Source: an uncultured delta proteobacterium
Lineage (GTDB): Bacteria; Myxococcota; Myxococcia; Myxococcales; Anaeromyxobacteraceae
NCBI GenBank assembly: GCA_963845515.1
Contig: CAWJSR010000057.1
Location: 32,001-96,000, forward strand
DNA: 64,000 bases
Direction: 5' to 3'
Part shown: positions 58,849-64,000 of the stretch, piece by piece
Numbering within the stretch: the first letter of the stretch is position 1
How the letters are laid out: the number at the start of each line of letters is the position of its first letter
Notes under the pieces: model-generated
What the model saw: the letters and a program-made list of their open reading frames with translations, nothing else
Told to the model about the DNA's origin: nothing
The model's database searches: none
Made by a program: the position numbers and the translations under genes

Positions 58849-60200
58849 GTGCTGCTCCTTTCGCCGGCCAGTACCGCCGGCAACTCGATACGTGCCTCGG
58901 TCCCGACACCGGGACGTGAGGCCATCGTGAACTCGCCGCCCAGCTGGTCGACGAGCGTCCGGGTGAGGAAGAGGCCGAGCCCCATCCCCTCCCCGGGTAC
59001 CTTCGTGGTGAAGAACGGCTCCCCCGCATGCTGGAGCACGTCCGGCGGCATGCCGCGCCCCTGGTCGATCACCGCGACGCGGACCTTCCCGTCGTCCGCC
59101 CCCATCCAGAGCCGAACCTTCGCGCCGGGAGGGGAGGCCTGCAGCGCGTTCTTGAGGAGTCCGCGCAGCGCGTCCCCGAGGGCGCGCGGCGGGCCGACGA
59201 CGGTCGCGTGCTCGGCCCCGGGAGCGACCTCTAGCGAGACGCGGTCCTTCTCGGCGAGGCCATCGAGGCCGCTCTCGGCCCACTCCGCGAGCGCGAGGTT
59301 GGCGAACGGCTCGCCCGCGTGCTCCCCCGCGTGGCGGGCCATCCGGTCGAGGATCTCGCGGCAGCGGGCGACCTGCTCACGGATGAGCGCCAGATCCGAG
59401 CGGACCTCCTCGGGGGCATCGGCGAGCACCCGCAGCAGCTCCTTGGAGACGACGGCGATCGTCGAGAGCGGAGTGGACAGCTCGTGCGCGGCGCCGGCCG
59501 CGAGCGTGGCGAGCGACGCCAGCCGCTCCCGCCGATCCACCTTGACCCGGACGACCGTCAGCTCCTGCTCGCGTTCGGCGAGCGCGCGCGCCACCCGCCG
59601 GATGAAGTAGACGATGAACGCCGCGGCGAAGCAGAAGGCGACCCACATCCCGTGCAGGCGCATGAAGTCCTGGGACGGGGTGATCTCTATGTGGTGATGC
59701 GGTGACGTGATCCACTCGTGGACGAAGAGCGCGCCGTAGCTGAGGAGGTTGGCCCCCGAGAGGACCCAGGCCCACGGCCCCGGGAGCAGCGCCGCGGCGA
59801 GCGCGATGTTCACGAGGAAGAGCGTCGAGAACGGATTGAACGCGCCCCCGGTCAGGTCGATCAGCACCGCCAGCACGACGGCGTCCAGCGCCATCGCGCC
59901 GACGAGGTGTCCTAGCGCGATCCGTCCCTGAGCCGTCCAGCGCTCGAGGAGGACGTTGCCGATGGTCTCGGCGGCGACCAGCGCCCCCAGCGTCATGACC
60001 GGGAATGGGTTGGACGCGAGCAGGCGAGTCGTGGCGATCAGGCCGAGCTGCCCGATGATTGCCCACCAGTGAAGGCGCACGAGCAGCGACAGGTTGACGC
60101 GCCAGCGCTCATCGACTTCAAGTAGTCCGACGCCCGCGCTCATGCCCGCACCGCCAGCCCCGTGGCCGTGCGCCACGGAAGCACTGGGTTCGATCGCCAC
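58845..60200 (-). CDS. RegB/PrrB-like sensor histidine kinase
   Basis: About 6 transmembrane segments, LTGGAFNPF, AAGAAHELSTPL, DQGRGM, EPFFTTK, GMGLGL; start uncertain (60143-60200). Confidence 0.92.
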   Translation of the reverse strand: MAIEPSASVAHGHGAGGAGMSAGVGLLEVDERWRVNLSLLVRLHWWAIIGQLGLIATTRLLASNPFPVMTLGALVAAETIGNVLLERWTAQGRIALGHLVGAMALDAVVLAVLIDLTGGAFNPFSTLFLVNIALAAALLPGPWAWVLSGANLLSYGALFVHEWITSPHHHIEITPSQDFMRLHGMWVAFCFAAAFIVYFIRRVARALAEREQELTVVRVKVDRRERLASLATLAAGAAHELSTPLSTIAVVSKELLRVLADAPEEVRSDLALIREQVARCREILDRMARHAGEHAGEPFANLALAEWAESGLDGLAEKDRVSLEVAPGAEHATVVGPPRALGDALRGLLKNALQASPPGAKVRLWMGADDGKVRVAVIDQGRGMPPDVLQHAGEPFFTTKVPGEGMGLGLFLTRTLVDQLGGEFTMASRPGVGTEARIELPAVLAGERSST

Positions 60201-60302
60201 ATCCCCGGAAGAGGATGGTGCAATTTACCACACCCCCTACGGACTCGCGGCTACGCGGCGCTGTGTCGCATTCACCGCTTTTCGGCTAGATTCCGCGCCA
60301 CC

Positions 60303-60599
60303 ATGCGCGGTCGTCGACGCCACGTCTCGTCAGTCCTGGCCGACGCACTCGCCGCGCGCGGTCGCGCGCAGCCTGCGTCGATCGTGGCATCCTTCTCCGA
60401 CGTGGTCGGTGCTCGGCTGGCTCGCGAGGTGACGGCCCGAGGCAAGCTCCGCGATGGCCGGCTGCTCGTCGTCGCCAGCACGCCGGAGTGGGCCGCACAG
60501 GTCACGGCCCTGGAACCCGAGATCCTCTCGCAGCTCCGGGATCGGCACGGAGCTTCGGCCCCAACCGGGCTCTCGATCCACGTCGGTGCGATCGAGTGA
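60303..60599 (+). CDS. DciA/DUF721-family protein
   Basis: FSDVVGARLA...GRLLVVASTPEWAAQV...EILSQL. Confidence 0.75.
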   Translation: MRGRRRHVSSVLADALAARGRAQPASIVASFSDVVGARLAREVTARGKLRDGRLLVVASTPEWAAQVTALEPEILSQLRDRHGASAPTGLSIHVGAIE

Positions 60600-62177
60600 C
60601 GGTGCGCCGCCTCCTCGCCTCGCTCATCCTGCTGTCGTCGGCCGCGGCCTGCGCCGTTCGCCAGGGCGCGCCGGGCGACGCCCGGGCAGCGCCGCAGCCA
60701 GGCTCTGCGGCCGCCGACCCCTGCGGCGAGTACGGGCATGACGAACCCATGGCCCGGACGCCCCTCGAAGCGCGCGCGTGGGCAGAGGTCCAGCGAGCCC
60801 TCCGCGGCACCGGAACGGGGATCCGTACGTCCGGCGCGCTCGACCGCGCCGCGCGGACGCTCGCCGCTGCATCGGTGTCGGCCGGTCAGGATTCCCTCGC
60901 ACGCCAGCGCGTCCAGGACGCGCTGCGCGCGGCCGGCGCCTTCGACCCCGCCCCGACCGCCCACCTGGCCGTCGGCATGGCCGACGCCGCCCTCGCCGCC
61001 CTGCTCGCCCGGCTCGATCGCAGAGACGCGACCCACGTCGGGATCGGCGACCACGAAGACGCCGGGGGGCATCACCTCGTCCTCCTGCTCACGCGCCGTC
61101 GTGCGCGGCTCGACCGCTTCCCCGGCTCGGTCGCCGTGGGTGCCGCGCGCTCCCTGCGCGGTGAGCTGCTCGGGCTGCTTCACGCTCGCGCCTTCGTGAC
61201 CCGCCCAGACGGCGTCAGCGATGAGGTAGGCCTGACCGGCGGCCGCGCGTTCTCCGGACGGATCCGCTTCACCCTCCCCGGACGTCACACGGTCGAGGTG
61301 ATCGGCACCGGCGAGCGGGGGCCGGAGGTCGCCGCGCTCATCGGCGTCTCCGTCGGCGGGGCCCCATGCACGGTCGCCCCCCCTTCGCCACCCGCGGCGG
61401 AGCCCGAGGAGCTCGACGCCGCGGAGGCGGCGGTCGCCGCCGCGATCAATCGCGTCCGGCTCGGCGGTGGCCTGAAGGCGCTGGAGCCCTCGCCCGGCCT
61501 CTCGGCGGTCGCCCGCCAGCACAGCGAGCGGATGCGCGCCGCGAGCACCGTGGCGCACGTGCTCCCGGGTGACGGCGATCTCGCGGGCCGGCTCGCGGCC
61601 GCCCGGCTCCCGTACCGCAGGGCCTTCGAGAACGTGGCGAGCGCCGCCACCGCGCTCGAGGCGCACGCCGCTGCAGAGGCGAGTCCGGCCCACCGCAGCA
61701 ACATGCTGGCTCCGGGCGCGACGCGGCTCGGCGTCGGCATCGCCCGGGGCTCGCTCCCTACCGGCGAGCGCGTCGTCTACCTGACGGAGCTCCTGGTCGA
61801 GCCGTCCGCCGACCTCGGCGCCGACCGGCTGACGCCCGACGCGCGGGCGCGTGAAGCGCTCTGGAAGGAGCGGGCCCGACGCTCCCTCCCGGCGCTCACG
61901 AACGATCCGGCGCTGGAGGCGCTGGCGAGAGAGGCTGCGCTGACGATGCGCGCGCAGGATCTGGGAGACGTCGGTGGGCTCGCGGAGGGCGGCGCTGCGG
62001 CTGGGCAGAGCGCTCGCCGCGGCCGACGCCTTCATCACCGCCAACCCAGCGGAGGCGGTCCGCTCCCAGAACGTGGCCGACCCGCGCTTCAGGCGCGTCG
62101 GCGTCGGTGCAGTGGTCGGTGACAGCCGCCGGTTCGGCACCGCGCGGCTGTACATCGCGGTGGTCTACACCGACTGA
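60596..62177 (+). CDS. CAP (SCP)-domain lipoprotein; 1-bp frameshift near 61990
   Basis: Lipobox AAAC; INRVR...ARQHSERM...ENVA...SPAHRSNML...GVGIA; second CAP-like unit ends RRVGVGAV...LYIAVVYTD in the next frame. Confidence 0.82.
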
Positions 62178-62178
62178 G

Positions 62179-62403
62179 CTAGCCGGCGCGACGCTGCGTC
62201 GCGTAGCTCTCGATCCCGCCCTCGACCGCCGGCTCGATCGCGTAGAACCCGCACCGCGTGCAGCACCAGCTGTTCCAACCCTTCTTCACGGCCTCGTCCA
62301 GGCAGCCGTCGTAGAAGTTGCAGAAGAGGTTGCGCTGACCGTCTACACCACGGTCTGGATTGATCGGCGCGGTCAGCTCCATCGGGCACGGAATCGAGAG
62401 CAC
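62179..62403 (-). CDS. 74-aa Cys-rich small protein
   Basis: GTG start with AAGGAG ribosome-binding site: MLSIPCPMELTAPINPDRGVDGQRNLFCNFYDGCLDEAVKKGWNSWCCTRCGFYAIEPAVEGGIESYATQRRAG. Confidence 0.75.
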   Translation of the reverse strand: MLSIPCPMELTAPINPDRGVDGQRNLFCNFYDGCLDEAVKKGWNSWCCTRCGFYAIEPAVEGGIESYATQRRAG

Positions 62404-62415
62404 GCAGAACTCCTT

Positions 62416-62601
62416 GGGGTCTCTCGACCCCTGGCGCGGGCGGATGACGGAACCGCAACCACCCCGTCGCTCGCACACGGCATCGGCCTTGGAGCCGGGT
62501 GCGAGGCCCGCCACGCGGAGTTGACAAGTCTCCGCTGGACGCCTGAAAACGAGAACTACAGGCGCCGGCGCTTTATCACGCTCCCCGCTCGGGAGAGTCA
62601 A
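62416..62601 (-). promoter_or_regulatory. Promoter and long structured 5' leader of the Cys-rich small protein
   Basis: TTGACT (62601-62596), 17-nt spacer, TGATAA; six stems between 62564 and 62416. Confidence 0.5.
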
Positions 62602-62640
62602 GCCCCCGCCCCCCCGATGAGTGTCGCCGTCAGGAGAGGG

Positions 62641-64000
62641 ATGAAATTCAGCTGCCGGTTCAACTGGTTGCCGCCTGCGACAATCTTGTACCAGCGGCAG
62701 TCGTGGCTGCCGTCCTGTCGGCGGCGCCCTCCTGCTCCCGGCGCCAGGGAGCCGCTGTGTGACTGGCTCGACGGACTGGGGGCGGCCGCTCAGGCGCGCT
62801 CGGACGGCCTCCCAGATGCACACCTGCGCGCACGGGGTGCGCTGGCAGCGCTCTCCACCGGCGACGCCGGCACCCGCGCCGGCTTGGAGGTCGCGCTCGC
62901 GCTCCGCGGCCCGGAGACCGTCCAGGAGCGGGTCCGTACCCTGCGCGCCGTCGCCGCCGCCGCGCCTCCCGTCACTCGCGCGACGATCCTTGCGCTGCTG
63001 GGCGAGGCGCTGCTCGAGAGCGGCGATCCCCGCGGCGCGGTGGAGCCACTCCGGGCGGCTTCGGCCGAGGGCTCGAGCGCCGTCGCGGCACGCGCCCGCT
63101 GGCGCGTCGCCGACGCGCTCCACGCCGGCGGCTTCGCGGAGGAGGCGGTGGCCGCGTGGCGACCGCTGCTCGCCGACCCGCTCGCGTCGAACTTCGAGCC
63201 ATCCGCCCGGCTCGCCTTCGCCTCCGATCTCCTGAGCGCCGGGGAGCCGGACCTCGCCGCCCGGATCCTCCGCTCGCTCTGGTCGGCGCTTCCGGAGCGA
63301 GCCGAGGCGTCCCTGGCCGAGGCGCTGCTCGACCGCTGGCGCGCCGACGGCGCCGCGATCCCTCCATTCGCCGGCGAGGAACGCGTCGCTCGCGCACTCC
63401 GGCTGGTCTCGGTCGGACGCGCCGGTGAGGCGGTGATCGAGCTGAAGAGGGCGGAGTCGAGCCTCCCCGCCGCCCCAGCCGGACTCCTCGCCCTCGCAGA
63501 GGGGACCGCTCAGCTGGCGCTCGGGCATCCAGCCGAGGCGGCCCGGCTGGTCGGGACCGCACGCCGCCTCGGAGGACGCCGGGGTCAGGCGCGGCGCGCA
63601 GGTGATCCTCGCCCGCGCCGCCGCGAAGGCCGGGCGCATCCCCGAGGCCATCGAGGCCTGGAGGGCCGTCGCGGCGAGCCGCGCTGCAGGTGCCGGGGCT
63701 GACGCCGCAGCTCCAGGCGTCGCTTCGTGACGACGCCGAGTACTTCGCGGCCTGGCTCAACTTCGAAGCAGGGGATCCGCAGCGCGCGTCGGCCGCGCTC
63801 GGCCGCCTGGCGCGGCTCCGTCCCCGCTCCCGGCGCGCCGACGATGCCCGCTGGTTCTCGGCGTGGGCCCTGCTGCAGCTCGGCGAGGTGGGCAGGGCCG
63901 ACGCCGCGCTTCGCGTCGCCGATCGCGGCCAGCTCCGGACCCGCGCCCGCTATTGGCGCGCCCGGATCGCGCGCGACGATGGAGTGGCCGGCTCGCTCCT
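62641..64000 (+). CDS. TPR-rich protein, possibly the N-terminal part of a soluble lytic transglycosylase; frameshifted and running off the window end
   Basis: Helical TPR-like repeats (LLGEALLESGDPRGAVEPL, ARWRVADAL, LRSLWSALPE, DDARWF.AW, ARYWRAR); start uncertain; no catalytic domain visible. Confidence 0.55.

Noticed and set aside
58297..59283. 328-aa ORF suggesting an N-terminally extended response regulator
   Set aside because: The extension is an off-frame overlap with the kinase gene; the real start is the ATG at 58848 with an AAGGAG ribosome-binding site and an ATGA overlap.

Overview
Very GC-rich bacterial chromosome segment. Gene content and order point to an Anaeromyxobacter-like member of the Myxococcota (inference from protein families; no search was run). 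Most of it is housekeeping: tRNA-Val, an Hsp70-like gene, a UvrD/PcrA helicase, lipA/lpd/lipB, moaA, thiC, eno, glpX, rlmN, ndk, sucCD-mdh-icd, pyrR-pyrB-pyrC-carA, lepA/lepB, class II ribonucleotide reductase nrdJ, the imuA-imuB-dnaE2 mutagenesis cassette, RegAB-like two-component genes and thioredoxin. Several conserved genes carry 1-bp frameshifts that look like long-read or assembly errors. The most interesting signals are non-coding. (1) An IS110-family (IS1111-type) element at 49294-50772 has a downstream non-coding end that folds into two loops; its guide-like segments match the empty target site exactly and one half of the circle junction, as expected for a bridge/seek RNA. (2) A DUF222/HNH-like gene missed by the ORF track (<1-522) lies behind a ~400-nt nested-stem non-coding region. 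(3) An ISAs1 element sits in the loop of a REP-like hairpin repeat. (4) There is a 241-bp MITE-like fold-back element. (5) A long structured leader precedes a small Cys-rich protein. Unusual coding features: an in-frame LipA-ChaN fusion, a LipB-Nudix fusion, an ectoine-type aspartate kinase with no ect genes nearby, and a HARE-HTH protein with a degenerate Mrr domain.
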